Positions 11,501 to 21,081 are shown, numbered from the stretch's first letter. The stretch is 64,000 nt of DNA from an uncultured Acidobacteriota bacterium (GCA_963770895.1 CAVYRF010000001.1:32001-96000); one strand, 5' to 3'. Made by a program: numbers and translations. The notes: generated from the sequence alone by a model not told the origin.

Positions 11501-12618
11501 CGGGCAACCTGTTCACGGAAGACTTCATCAACCTGCTCGACGAATCGGCGGCCGATACGCGGTCCTTCGTCAACCGGGTGATGATCATCCCGGTCAGCCC
11601 CAAGGACCTCGGCCTGGCCGGCACCTCCTTCAAGTACCAGGTGGAGACCTGCCCGGGCTTCGCGCCGCTGTGCGACGCGCTGATCGACTTCCACTACGAG
11701 GCGGTGCCGGGCACCTTCAGTTGGGACTCTGCCAACCCCGGCCTCGACTTCGGCGGCGCCTTCCTGGACTTCGACCTGGCCGGCAACGCCATGCCGGTCA
11801 ACTTCAACTCCGCCAACCTGGCGGCCAACGGGTCGCTCGGCGCTCTGCTGCTGCACACCCACAACGTCGACGGCGCGCAGGGTCAGGCGGTGCCGGTCGC
11901 CGGCTCCAGGTGGGCGGACCTTGGCGTTACCAGCTCGGTGGCGCCGGCAATCATCCGTCCCGCCCCCAACTCCCTGGTGACGATTTCCCTGCGCGTCACC
12001 AACCACGGCCCCAACGCGGCGACCGGAGTCGTGGTGTCCGACGAGCTGCCGGCCGGCCTGGCCTATGTCTCTTCCGCCGGCAACGGCTCCTATGACCCCT
12101 CGACCGGCCTGTGGACGGTGGGACCGCTCCGCAGTGGCAAGAGCGCCAACCTGGCCATCAAGGCGATGATCACGGGCACCGGCACGGCGGTCAACACGGC
12201 CGTGGTCGCCGCGTCCGACCTGATCGACCCCAATCCCGCCAACGACGTCTCCACGATCGACGTGGCGGCGCCGCGCCTGGCCGACCTGGCGGTCGCTGCG
12301 ACCAGCAGCAAGACCTCCCAGTCGGTGACGTTCACCGTGACGTTGACCAACGACGGTCCCGAGCCGTCCTACAACCCGCGGGTGCAGGTCCTCCTGGGCG
12401 GCGCCAAGCTCGGCTCGGCGACCAGCGTCAGCACCTCGGAAGGCTCGTTCTCGCCGTCGACCGGCATCTGGACGCTGGGCAGCATCGGCAGCGGCTCGAC
12501 GCAAACCCTGCAGTTCACCGTTGCGACGCACCGCGGAGTCGGCCTGTCGGTGGTGGCGATCCCTGTCACGCCCGACCCGAACCTGCACAACAACAGCGTC
12601 ACCATCACGGTTCCCTGA
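8530..12618 (+). CDS. Secreted S8 subtilase with PA domain and C-terminal DUF11-like repeats
   Basis: GGAGG RBS; catalytic triad IIDTGVD / HGSHVAG / SGTSMATP; PA motif IALIQRGTCSF; DUF11-like VTNHGPNAATGVVVSDELPAGL. Confidence 0.95.
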   Translation: MSRGLPQLSRMALSVALGLAVTTAAFAAPVGTVQHPFQASKLPAKTLAAKLPIGQDGRVAVMVDLVDTPAAIDYARALNDATVPKATALANARAAAKAKVALLAPRQADLAARLTGSPINAVELFRAAKALNAIAVRVEPRQIEAIRALPGVKKVRVITPEHPLNATSVPFIGAPQLWANTLGLPAGATGAGITIGIIDTGVDYQHPMFGGTGALADYQANDRVHISPGLFPTAKVIGGYDFAGDDYNGANNPAPDPNPTDCDNHGSHVAGTAAGFGVNADGTTYKGPYGPTQTPFSSLRIGPGVAPQASLYAIRIFGCGGSTNLTVQGIEFAMDPSGKGDFSDHVDVINMSLGSDFGGLADTSAEAAENAAAIGVIVVSAAGNAGDTYFITGSPGTATHSIAAAAITDSGVPGAVLQVTAPPAVAGSYAAAAAAFGFTQTPNPSGQTGNIVPVASATGTANQGCDGNYTNAAQISGAIALIQRGTCSFQQKVGNAQAAGAIGAIVYNNVPGDPSLISMGPAAATPIITIPSIFISDSDGTALAAQTGVVGTLAAANAGDVLASFSSRGPLGGGSLPILLKPDVAAPGVSIPSTQSGMTCTTASNLGCIVPSASGYIPGGQVLVLSGTSMATPHTAGTMALLRQLHPDWPVEELKALVMNGAVHNATVGAEGSGLTYGLGRVGAGRVDIPTSALNNVTAFNDENSGEVTMSFDGAIFGTVNQVKGLRLVNHASQPATFDLGIDTLTQAPGVNFTLANPGQTSVTVPGNTSIVLPVEMQADASKMDHTADVTVAPVQAAPAPFSALGNLPRQWLTEAGSYLTFSQGGTTKMRVPLYSTPRPVSQMVGAWPIATGGAASGTSQVDLLGAGVCTGTVADGSCNGNFPLTEASLVTPFELQVNNPMDPTVPGFANIKYVGVSYDATDDLLLFGITTWGPWSSQSDVAFNIFIDTQNNGTFDKIVFNSNPGVLASALGASANGTDSFISGFLDVASGNLFTEDFINLLDESAADTRSFVNRVMIIPVSPKDLGLAGTSFKYQVETCPGFAPLCDALIDFHYEAVPGTFSWDSANPGLDFGGAFLDFDLAGNAMPVNFNSANLAANGSLGALLLHTHNVDGAQGQAVPVAGSRWADLGVTSSVAPAIIRPAPNSLVTISLRVTNHGPNAATGVVVSDELPAGLAYVSSAGNGSYDPSTGLWTVGPLRSGKSANLAIKAMITGTGTAVNTAVVAASDLIDPNPANDVSTIDVAAPRLADLAVAATSSKTSQSVTFTVTLTNDGPEPSYNPRVQVLLGGAKLGSATSVSTSEGSFSPSTGIWTLGSIGSGSTQTLQFTVATHRGVGLSVVAIPVTPDPNLHNNSVTITVP

Positions 12619-12842
12619 CCTCGTCCTCCAGCGGCGGCGGGCGGTGCACCCTGCACCTCCCGCCGCCGCCTCTTCCTCCTCCTCCTGCCGGTCGGTTGCC
12701 CCCGCCAACATCTCCAGCTCAGAGTTGTCCACCGAAGTGAAGGGCGGAGCACTTCCTCTTTTGAGGGTATCTGTACCAACGAAAGAACGGGATCAGCGGG
12801 GGGCCGCAGGGCTCCTGCAACGCTGCAACAAAGGAGGGCGTA

Positions 12843-13811
12843 ATGCCTAAGCACTCATGGACTCGATGGATGGTCGCGCTGCCGCTGGTGGCTGCCATGC
12901 CGCTCGCGGCGCAGACCTTCTCAGCCGGCGACGACGGCTGGACCACCCCGTCTGGCGGTCAGACCCAGGTCGACCTCAGCCAGATCCCCGCCGCGCTGAC
13001 GGCGCTTGGCTCCACCATCGTCGGCGGCGACGTGATCAACCTGCAGGGCAACCCGCTGGATACGACGCACCTGGGCACCATCGACACGGTGCTGGGCCGC
13101 GGCGCGATCAGCAGCGGCGGCGGAGCGCTGACGATCGTGGCGCTCAACCTGAAGTCTTCGTCCAACGTCGTGCTGTCCGACGGCCGCCAGTATGCGCTGC
13201 AAGTCTGCCTGTCCGACGACGCGCAAAGCGCGGGCTCGATCAGCCTGACCCAGGCCAACGGCGACGGCGGCACCTTCTCGTCGTCGTTCGCCATCCTGCC
13301 CAAGCTGGTGTTCACCAACGTCAACAACTCCAGCGACGTGCTGACCGTCGACTGCGGTTCGGGCGGCTGCAACACGATGACCATGACCGCCAGCAACGCC
13401 GGCTGGGTGCAGACCGGCGGTCCGGGCAACTTCAACCCGTCCACCTATGGCATCGACCAGATCCCGAGCGGCAACGACACGGTCGCCAATTGCGGCGGCA
13501 CTCATACCGTGTCGCTGAACCCGGCCAACGGCTTCTATCCCGGCTGGACGGCCAGCGGCGGCAGCGGCGGCAGCTCGATCGTCGTGCCACGGACGACCAC
13601 CTTCTCGGCCGTCGGCGGTGGCGGTGGATTCAAGCCTTCGCCGGTGGGGCACAACCATTCGACCTTCGCCTGGCACCACGTGACGCCGCCGCAGGACTGC
13701 CTCCAGTCGGCGCAGCCGGTACAACAGCCCAACGGGCTGAACAACGCCCGTCCCCAGCTGTCGATCAGCTACTGCTCGGCCCAGTACCTCTACAGCAACA
13801 CTGGCCTGTAG
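12843..13811 (+). CDS. Secreted hypothetical protein (Ser/Gly/Thr-rich, Cys-containing, His cluster)
   Basis: AAGGAGG RBS; signal peptide ending LAA-Q; strong codon bias. Confidence 0.8.
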   Translation: MPKHSWTRWMVALPLVAAMPLAAQTFSAGDDGWTTPSGGQTQVDLSQIPAALTALGSTIVGGDVINLQGNPLDTTHLGTIDTVLGRGAISSGGGALTIVALNLKSSSNVVLSDGRQYALQVCLSDDAQSAGSISLTQANGDGGTFSSSFAILPKLVFTNVNNSSDVLTVDCGSGGCNTMTMTASNAGWVQTGGPGNFNPSTYGIDQIPSGNDTVANCGGTHTVSLNPANGFYPGWTASGGSGGSSIVVPRTTTFSAVGGGGGFKPSPVGHNHSTFAWHHVTPPQDCLQSAQPVQQPNGLNNARPQLSISYCSAQYLYSNTGL

Positions 13812-13871
13812 CCGCCAGAGCGTAAGCGCAGCAGCGCCGGCCGCGGTTGCAACGCGGCCGGCGGCACACGA

Positions 13872-13907
13872 AAAAGGGCGGCCGGCGCAAGCACCGGCCG
13901 CCCTTTT
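13872..13907. terminator. Bidirectional intrinsic terminator
   Basis: AAAAGGGCGGCCGG-loop-CCGGCCGCCCTTTT hairpin between convergent genes. Confidence 0.85.
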
Positions 13908-13934
13908 CGTTTGGGTCGAGTGGCTGGGCCGGGG

Positions 13935-15761
13935 CTACAGGTAGCGCAGGCGACCGCTGTGCGGCGCCGCCGCGGCCGCCTGCGCGGTGGCGGCCCCGGA
14001 CCTGGCGGCGGCGGCCTCGGTGCTGCGGGTGCCGACTCGCACCGAGGGAGGCAACGTCGGCAGGAACGACGGCGCGAGCCGCCCCTGGGCCGCCTGTTCG
14101 AAGGCAAAGGCGATGCCGATCAGCTTGGGTTCGCTCCAGGCGCGGCCGAAGAAGCTGATGCCGACCGGCAGGCCGAACGACGTGCCGCCAGGGACGGTGA
14201 TGTGGGGATAGCCCGCCATCGCCGCCGGCGTCGAGCTGGACCCCAGCACGTGGTCGCCGTCGATCAGGTCGGTGGTGAAGGAAGGGGTGGTGGTCGGCGT
14301 CATGATCGCGTCCAGGTTGTACTGGTTCATCACCGCGTCGATCCCCTGATCGCGCGACAGCATGTGGCTGGTGGCGAGCGAGGTGGCGTACTGCGCCGCG
14401 GTGATGCCGCTGTTCTGGGCGTCCAGCAGCAGCTCCTGGGCGAAGTACCGCATTTCGATCGCGGCGTTGGCGATGTTGAACGCGATGATGTCGGCCAGGT
14501 TGTGCACCGCGAGGCCGACGCGGCCCGCCAGGTAGTTCTGCATGTCGATCGGCAGGTCGTAGAGCAGCACGTTGAGCTCGGACGGATCGGTTTGCAGCTG
14601 TGCGGCGCTCGGCAGGTCCGCGGGATCGATGATGACCGCGCCGGCCGCCTTCATGATGTTGATCGCCGCTTCGCCCACCGGATCGGTCTTGTCGCTGTAG
14701 CCCCAGAACGTCTGGCGGGCGATGCCGATGCGGGCGCCCTTGAGCGCATTGGGATCCAGGAACTGGGTGTAGTCGGTGAAGAAGTTGCCGGCGCTGGCGG
14801 CGGTCGCCGGGTCGCGCGGGTCGACGCCGGTGAGCGCTCCCAGCACGGTCGCGGCATCCGCCACGGTGCGCCCCATCGGTCCCACCACGTCCTGGTCGTG
14901 CGAGATCGGCACCACGCCGGCGCGGCTGGTGAGGCCGAGGGTGACCTTGATGCCGACCAGGCCGTTCATCGACGAGGGGCAGACGATCGATCCGTCGGTT
15001 TCGGTCCCCAGGGCCGCGGCGGCAAAGTTGGACGACACCGCGGCACCCGAGCCCGAGCTGGAGCCGCAGGGATTGCGGTCCAGGTAGTAGGGGCTGTGGG
15101 TCTGGCCGCCGCGCCCGCTCCAGCCGCTGGAGGAGTGGGTGGAGCGGAAGTTGGCGAATTCGCTCAGGTTGGTCTTGGCCAGGATGACGGCGCCGGCGGC
15201 GCGCAGGCGGGCCGCCACCGTCGCGTCCTGGGGGGCGGGCGGCCCGAGCAGGGCAAAGGAGCCGGCGGTGGTGTGCATCTTGTCGGCGGTATCGATGTTG
15301 TCCTTGACCACGACGGGGATGCCGTGCAGAGGCCCGCGCGGCCCCTTGGTGCGGCGCTCCTTGTCGAGCGCCTGGGCGATGGCGATGGCGTCCGGATTGA
15401 GCTCCAGGATCGCGTTGACGCGCGGTCCGCGCCGATCGAGCGCTTCGATGCGGCTGATGTAGTACTCGGTCAGCTCGGTCGAGCTGAGGTGGTTCTTGGA
15501 CATCAGGCTTTGCAGCTGCGCCAGGGTCATCTCGTTGAATTCCCCCGGCGCGGCGCTGACGGCTGCCTGGATCTCCGCCGCGGTGGGCGCGGGAGCGGCG
15601 GCGTTTGCCGCCGATGCGGCCCCCTGCGCGTGGGCGGCCGGGGAGTCCCACATCTGCGAGCCCGCCACCGAGGCGGCGGCGCCGGCCAGCGCGCCCAGGC
15701 GCATCAGGGTGCGCCGGGTGACCTCACCTGTCTTGTCGTCGCGGTCTTCGTGATCCGCCAT
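13935..15761 (-). CDS. Tat-exported amidase (amidase signature family)
   Basis: TRRTLM twin-arginine signal; GIPVVVKDNI, CGSSSGSGAAV and GTETDGSI motifs. Confidence 0.93.
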   Translation of the reverse strand: MADHEDRDDKTGEVTRRTLMRLGALAGAAASVAGSQMWDSPAAHAQGAASAANAAAPAPTAAEIQAAVSAAPGEFNEMTLAQLQSLMSKNHLSSTELTEYYISRIEALDRRGPRVNAILELNPDAIAIAQALDKERRTKGPRGPLHGIPVVVKDNIDTADKMHTTAGSFALLGPPAPQDATVAARLRAAGAVILAKTNLSEFANFRSTHSSSGWSGRGGQTHSPYYLDRNPCGSSSGSGAAVSSNFAAAALGTETDGSIVCPSSMNGLVGIKVTLGLTSRAGVVPISHDQDVVGPMGRTVADAATVLGALTGVDPRDPATAASAGNFFTDYTQFLDPNALKGARIGIARQTFWGYSDKTDPVGEAAINIMKAAGAVIIDPADLPSAAQLQTDPSELNVLLYDLPIDMQNYLAGRVGLAVHNLADIIAFNIANAAIEMRYFAQELLLDAQNSGITAAQYATSLATSHMLSRDQGIDAVMNQYNLDAIMTPTTTPSFTTDLIDGDHVLGSSSTPAAMAGYPHITVPGGTSFGLPVGISFFGRAWSEPKLIGIAFAFEQAAQGRLAPSFLPTLPPSVRVGTRSTEAAAARSGAATAQAAAAAPHSGRLRYL

Positions 15762-16154
15762 GATCGTAACCTCCTCAAGGCATCGCGTTGTATCGAGCCG
15801 GAGCTATGCGCTCATCATAGATTAAGCCTGAACGCAGAACATCAACAAGTCTGCGAGTGAGTCCCTCCCGGCGCGCCGGCGGTTCAATGGCGGGTGGTGC
15901 GGTCCGGCGCGGGCGACGTTCCAGGGGGCGCGAGGTGGCGGCGGAGCGGTGCCGGGCGGGCGACGCTCGGGGGGGTGCGAACTGGTGGCAGAGCGGTGCG
16001 GGGTGGGCGACCTTCGGTGGTGAGCCGCGAACCTGGCATAAGACTTGAGTCCAGGAGGGCGGGGCTGCACACTGTCCTTGTCCCCACAGCTCCAGGAGGC
16101 TCCGTATTGTCCGCGCCAGCGTTCTCTCTGTCGGATCGGTCCGCCGCCGCCCGC

Positions 16155-19100
16155 GTGCGGCGCGTGGCGGCCGGCGCACTCGCGCTGGCGACGCTGGCTG
16201 CCCTGGCGGCGACGCCGGCGGCGGCTCAGTATTTCGGCCGCAATCGCGCGGTGCGGGCGCGGTTTCAATGGCAGGTGCTGCGCACCGCCCACTGCAACGT
16301 CAACTTCTACCAGGGCGAGGAGGCGGCGGCGCGGGCGATCGGGCGCCGCGCCGAGCAGTGGTACGGGCGGCTCGCGGCGGCCTTCGGCGCCGCTCCGGAC
16401 GGACGCATCGAGGTGCTGGTCTACGCCAACCTGGCGGATTTCCAGCAGACGACGCTCACCCCCGAGCGCCTCGATCCGGATCGCGGGCCGCTGGACCCGC
16501 ACCGGCGCCGCCTGCGGCTGCCGCTGACCGGCGACGGCGACCATGACGACCACCAGCTGGGGCACGAGCTCGTGCAGATCTTTCAACAGGAGCTGCAGGG
16601 GCGGCGACGGGTGCGCGAGGCGGTCGCCGGGGCGATCGGCCGGCAGGTCGTGCCGCTGTGGATGGACGACGGGCTGGCCGACTACCTGACCGCCGGCAGG
16701 GACTCCGTGGCGACGGCGATGTGGCTGCGCGATGCCCTGGTGCGCGGCATGCTGCCCGACCTCGCCGTGCTCGGCACCCTGCCGCGCGACGTCGGCGAGC
16801 GCTGGGGGCACGCCTTCTGGGCCTTTGTCGGCGGCCGGTTCGGCGACCGGGCGGCGATGCAGCTCTACGTCGAGCTGACGCGGCGCGGGGTCGGCGGGGC
16901 GCTGCAGCAGGTGCTGCGGCTCGACGAGCGCCAGGTCGTGAGCCAATGGCACGCCGCCATCGACGCCGCCTACGGCAGCTTCGTGGCGGCCCGTTCGGCC
17001 GAGGCCGCGGGGACCGGTGGCGGCGAGGCGGTGGGCTGGGCGGGGGCGCGGCGTATCCCGCGCGGGCAACGGTCCACGGACCGCTACCTGTCCCCGGCGC
17101 TCAGTCCGGACGGCAGCCGGGTGGCGTATTTCTCGACCCGCGGTCTGTTTGGGCTCGACCTGGACCTGGCCGACGCGGTGACCGGCGAGCGGATCGGGCG
17201 CCTGTTCTCGAGCGGCGCCGAGCGCGGTTTTGACGCGCTGCGCTTCGCCGATTCGGCGGCGTCGTGGTCGCCCGACGGCAGGCAGCTGGCCCTGACGATG
17301 TTTCACGGTGGCGAGGACCGCATCGCGCTGCTCGACGCGGCCGGCGCCGGCGTCGCGCGCCAGATCGTGGTGCCCGGCGCCGGCGCCCTGTCAGACCCAG
17401 CCTGGTCGCCCGACGGCGGCAGCATCGCGGTGGTGGGCTCGCAGGGCGGCGCGACCGCGCTGTGGCTTGTGCAGGTGGCCAGCGGTGCGGTGCGCCGTTT
17501 GGCGGACGGCTGCGGCGGCGCGGTGCGGCAGCCCTCCTGGTCACCCGACGGGCGGACGCTGGCCTTCGCCTGCCAGGACGGCCCGGTGGCCGGCGCATCC
17601 GAATGGGATACCGGTGGGTTCGGCGCGGCGGGTGGGGCGGGTGGGGAGGGCGTCGGGGGTGCCGTTGGGAATGCGCGCGTCGGAGGAGCCGGCAGGGGGG
17701 GTGTCGCCGATGGTGCCGGTGGCGCCGTTGGTGCAGTCGGTGCCGCCGGCGCCAGCGGCGGCGGGAGTCGCGGGAGCGGTGGGAGCGACGGCGTGCCTGG
17801 GGAGAAGGGCGTGGAGATGGTGGCGGCCGGCCCCTGGCGCATCCGGCTGCTGGACATGCCGGCGGGCCAGCGGTCGCGGCCGGCCATGCCGGCGGCGGCC
17901 GGGGGTGGCGCCGATCAGATCGATCCCTGCTTTGGCCCTGGTGCGGGCGATCTCTACTTTTTGTCCGACCGCGGCGGCGTGCGCGACCTTTACAGGTGGG
18001 ACCTGGCGGCGGGCGAACTGTTCCAGGTGACCGCGGTGACGACCGGGGTCGCCGGCGTCACCGCGCGCTCGCCGGCGCTCGCGGTGGCGGCGCGCAGCGG
18101 CCGCCTGATGTTCACCGTCTTCGCCGCCGGCTCGTGGGAGATCCACGACCTGGAGGCGGGCGCGGCGCGCGGTGCTGCGGTCGCCGCCGGCCCGGCGGCC
18201 GGCGCGGCCGCCACCGCGAAACCGGGCGCCGGCGCCGCCCGCCTCAGCCTGCTGCCGCCGGCTACCGAGACCTCCCTGGCGCCCCTGGCGGCAGGCCAGG
18301 CCGCTGGCGGCGTGGAGGGCAGCGGTGGCGGCGCTGTCGGCGCCGGCGCCTCCTCATCCGCCGGCGCGCCCGCGGCGGGCGCTGCGCCGGCCAAGCCTTC
18401 CCAGGCGGCGGGTGAACCCGGTACCGCCGCGGCGGCTGGGGGTACCGGCGCGGTCGCTGGCGGCGCGCCCGTTGGCGGCGCCGCCGGTGCGGCTGCCGCG
18501 TCGGAGGGTGACGGCAGCGTCGTGCCGTACCGGTCGCGCCTGGCGCTGGAGGACGTGTCGCCGGGCCTGGGCGTGGGGTACAGCTCGCTTGGCTATGCGG
18601 TCGGCGCCGACATTTCGGCGCGGCTCGGCGACGTGGTGGACCACTATCAGGTCAGCGCCGACGTGCAGGGCGGCATCTCGGCGTTCCCGGAGTACGGCGG
18701 CAGCATCCTGTTCCTGGACACCGCGGCGCCCCTGCAATGGGGCGTCCAGGTCGGGCACGTGCCGTCGGTTTCGGGTTTCGCGCAGGTCGAAGAGCTGCCG
18801 GCCGGGAGCGGTGCGCCGGGCCCCTCGGCGGGCCTGCCGAGCATCGCCATCGATCAGATCTTCGAGCTGATCACCCAGGACCAGGTCGAGCTCCTGCTGC
18901 AGTATCCGTTCTCGCCCACCGAACGCCTGCAGGCCAGCGTCAGCTACAACCATCTGGGCTTTGCCGCCAAGGACGTGCGCCAGGTTCTGACCGGCACGCA
19001 GGTGGTGCAGACCAGCCGCTTCAACCTGCCGGACCCGGCGTCGCTCACCCTCTACCAGGGTGGCCTGGCCATGATCGGCGATACCTCGCTGATGGGCGAC

Positions 19101-19718
19101 ACCTCGCCCGTGCGCGGCCAGCGCTACCGGGCCGAGGTCAGCGCCTCCACCGGCGATCTGAGCTTCGAGCAGGTCACCGCCGACTATCGCCGCTATTTTC
19201 TCTTCCGTCCGCTGACCCTCGCGGTGCGCGCCCTGCACCTGGGCCGCTATGGCGACGACGCCAACAGCCCCAGCTTGCTGCCGCTGTTCATCGGCGATCC
19301 GACCCTGGTGCGCGGCTACGAGCTGGGCAGCCTGTCGGCCTCGGAGTGCCGGCCGCCGTCGGGAGCGCCCAACACCTGTCCGCAGTTCGATCGCCTGGTC
19401 GGCAGCCGCCTGGCGGTGGTCAACCTGGAGCTGCGCCTGCCGCTCTTCGGCAGGAGCAACATGAGCCTCTTCGAGCTGCGCCTGCTGCCCACGGAGCTGG
19501 CGCTGTTCGTCGACGCCGGCACCGCCTGGAGCGCCCACCAGCCGCCGGTGCTGCACCTGTCCACCGACTCGGATTCGCGCATTCCGGTGGCCTCCACCGG
19601 CATCGCCGCGCGCTTCCTGGTCGCCGGCGTGGCCGTCGCCCAGGTCTACGTGGCAAAGCCCTTCGAGCGCCCCCAGCGCGGCACCGTCACCGGCATCGTC
19701 ATCTCCCCCGGCTGGTAG
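16155..19718 (+). CDS. Secreted protein with peptidase-MA-like N-terminus, PD40/TolB-like propeller and C-terminal BamA/TamA-like beta-barrel (start approximate)
   Basis: AAA-QYFGRN signal/start; GHELVQ (degenerate HExxH); repeated SPDG/WSPDG; VRGY motif, LFVDAGTAW and C-terminal Trp. Confidence 0.8.
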   Translation: MRRVAAGALALATLAALAATPAAAQYFGRNRAVRARFQWQVLRTAHCNVNFYQGEEAAARAIGRRAEQWYGRLAAAFGAAPDGRIEVLVYANLADFQQTTLTPERLDPDRGPLDPHRRRLRLPLTGDGDHDDHQLGHELVQIFQQELQGRRRVREAVAGAIGRQVVPLWMDDGLADYLTAGRDSVATAMWLRDALVRGMLPDLAVLGTLPRDVGERWGHAFWAFVGGRFGDRAAMQLYVELTRRGVGGALQQVLRLDERQVVSQWHAAIDAAYGSFVAARSAEAAGTGGGEAVGWAGARRIPRGQRSTDRYLSPALSPDGSRVAYFSTRGLFGLDLDLADAVTGERIGRLFSSGAERGFDALRFADSAASWSPDGRQLALTMFHGGEDRIALLDAAGAGVARQIVVPGAGALSDPAWSPDGGSIAVVGSQGGATALWLVQVASGAVRRLADGCGGAVRQPSWSPDGRTLAFACQDGPVAGASEWDTGGFGAAGGAGGEGVGGAVGNARVGGAGRGGVADGAGGAVGAVGAAGASGGGSRGSGGSDGVPGEKGVEMVAAGPWRIRLLDMPAGQRSRPAMPAAAGGGADQIDPCFGPGAGDLYFLSDRGGVRDLYRWDLAAGELFQVTAVTTGVAGVTARSPALAVAARSGRLMFTVFAAGSWEIHDLEAGAARGAAVAAGPAAGAAATAKPGAGAARLSLLPPATETSLAPLAAGQAAGGVEGSGGGAVGAGASSSAGAPAAGAAPAKPSQAAGEPGTAAAAGGTGAVAGGAPVGGAAGAAAASEGDGSVVPYRSRLALEDVSPGLGVGYSSLGYAVGADISARLGDVVDHYQVSADVQGGISAFPEYGGSILFLDTAAPLQWGVQVGHVPSVSGFAQVEELPAGSGAPGPSAGLPSIAIDQIFELITQDQVELLLQYPFSPTERLQASVSYNHLGFAAKDVRQVLTGTQVVQTSRFNLPDPASLTLYQGGLAMIGDTSLMGDTSPVRGQRYRAEVSASTGDLSFEQVTADYRRYFLFRPLTLAVRALHLGRYGDDANSPSLLPLFIGDPTLVRGYELGSLSASECRPPSGAPNTCPQFDRLVGSRLAVVNLELRLPLFGRSNMSLFELRLLPTELALFVDAGTAWSAHQPPVLHLSTDSDSRIPVASTGIAARFLVAGVAVAQVYVAKPFERPQRGTVTGIVISPGW

Positions 19719-19882
19719 GGGCTGGGCGGGGCCGGGAGGGTGGGGTAGGGAGAGCGGGTCCGGAAGGCGAGCCAAGGCGGGCAAGGTGGGTCAAGAGGGT
19801 GGGGAGAGGGCCAGGAGGGGTGGCCAGGGCGGATGGGCAGGGTGGGGTCAGGAGGGCGGGGTAGGTAGCCGGGTCAGGGCGG
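19718..19882 (+). repeat. Strand-asymmetric G-tract region (about 20 runs of >=3 G)
   Basis: Repeated GGGTGGGG / AGAGGG / CAGGAGGG units in the intergenic gap between convergent genes. Confidence 0.7.
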
Positions 19883-19887
19883 CAGGC

Positions 19888-20313
19888 TCACCCGCCCTCG
19901 GGCATTTCCGCTTCCTCGATCAGCCGTTCCAGCTCGCGCATCAACTTGTTCAGCCTGCGCTTGGCGCTTTCGCCCGGCGCTGACCGGACTTCGTTGCCCA
20001 CCGAGGCCGGCGGCGCGAGCCGGGAATCGCCCACCGCCTTCTCGAACAGCTGGACCAGGGGACTGCGCGGCTGCGAGGGTGCGGGGAACACCAGCTGAAA
20101 GAAGTCCAGAGGGTGGACGTCGATCACGCCCAGGATTGCCACCAGGTGCCAGAGCTTCAGGTCGAGCTCGCCGCGCAGAATGCGGGTCACGTCGACGCCC
20201 GCGCCCTGCTGCTGCAAGCGGCGATGGATCTCGCGCCGGGTAAAGCCCGACAGACCGACCAGCGATTGCAGGACGCGCTGCGCACGGTCGGCGTATGCCT
20301 CGGCGGTGTCCAC
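19888..20313 (-). CDS. Putative XRE-like HTH protein
   Basis: LSGFTRREIHRRL...VTRILRGELDLKLWHLVAILGVIDVHPLDFF resembles an XRE/Cro helical fold. Confidence 0.6.
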   Translation of the reverse strand: MDTAEAYADRAQRVLQSLVGLSGFTRREIHRRLQQQGAGVDVTRILRGELDLKLWHLVAILGVIDVHPLDFFQLVFPAPSQPRSPLVQLFEKAVGDSRLAPPASVGNEVRSAPGESAKRRLNKLMRELERLIEEAEMPEGG

Positions 20314-20743
20314 GACGAACAAAAACTCTAAGGCGAAAAGTTATCCAAGGCGGTATAATGTGCTCGACATAGGTTATATAGCCAGAAAGTCGATTATGGA
20401 AGAGATAGATTTTGCCTCTTCAAGCGACTTGGCGCTATGGGACTCAAACGATCGAGCCGGCAAGGCAGCGCCGGCCTCAGCGAGGAGATAGAGGAGACAG
20501 AGACATGGTGAGGGCGACGGCCAGTGTGCGCGGCGATGGAGTGCGGCATCTGAGGCTGATGCGGGGCTTCCGCGCTCCTGGCCAGGCGCGCCGCCGCAGG
20601 CATAGTCGAAGCTATGTCGAGGAGGCGCAGCGCCGCCAGGGGCGTGGAGGGCCGCCGAATTATGGTGTGAATTTCTGACTCGGGGCACTAGGGCCTGACC
20701 GCGGTCGACCGCTTGCCGCTGCCCGGTGGGCAAGCTGGGGGCG

Positions 20744-21058
20744 CTACGGCGGAGCGGGGTGTGCTGCGTCGGGTTCGAGCAGGGTGTAGGGGATGGCGGT
20801 GCGGGTCTCCGCCAGACGCAACAGGCCTTCGGCGGCGAAGCGGCGGTAGTGGTCGGTGGCGCGGTGCGCCTGGTGATCGGCGACGGTGCGGTACTGCTCG
20901 TAGATGAAGATCTGCCGGGGGTCTTCCGCCAGCTGATGGGCAAGGTAGAGGACGTTGCCGGGCTCCTGGCGCGTCGCCGCGGCGAGCTGGCGCAAGTAGC
21001 CGGCGGCCTGGTCTTCGGTTCCCGCGCGCACCCGGATCATCACGCCAAAGCAGTGCAT
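20744..21058 (-). CDS. Antibiotic biosynthesis monooxygenase (ABM) family protein
   Basis: TRQEPGNVLY...FIYEQY...HRATDHY pattern. Confidence 0.85.
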   Translation of the reverse strand: MHCFGVMIRVRAGTEDQAAGYLRQLAAATRQEPGNVLYLAHQLAEDPRQIFIYEQYRTVADHQAHRATDHYRRFAAEGLLRLAETRTAIPYTLLEPDAAHPAPP

Positions 21059-21081
21059 GGAGCGCGCGCCCTGGGCTGATG

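Noticed and set aside
8533-12732. 1399-aa antisense ORF (and similar ones at 2247-5585, 5847-8396, 13911-15860, 28026-29756)
   Set aside because: Shadow frames of high-GC genes: Arg/Gly/Ala-rich, no motifs, and fully overlapping well-supported genes on the other strand.
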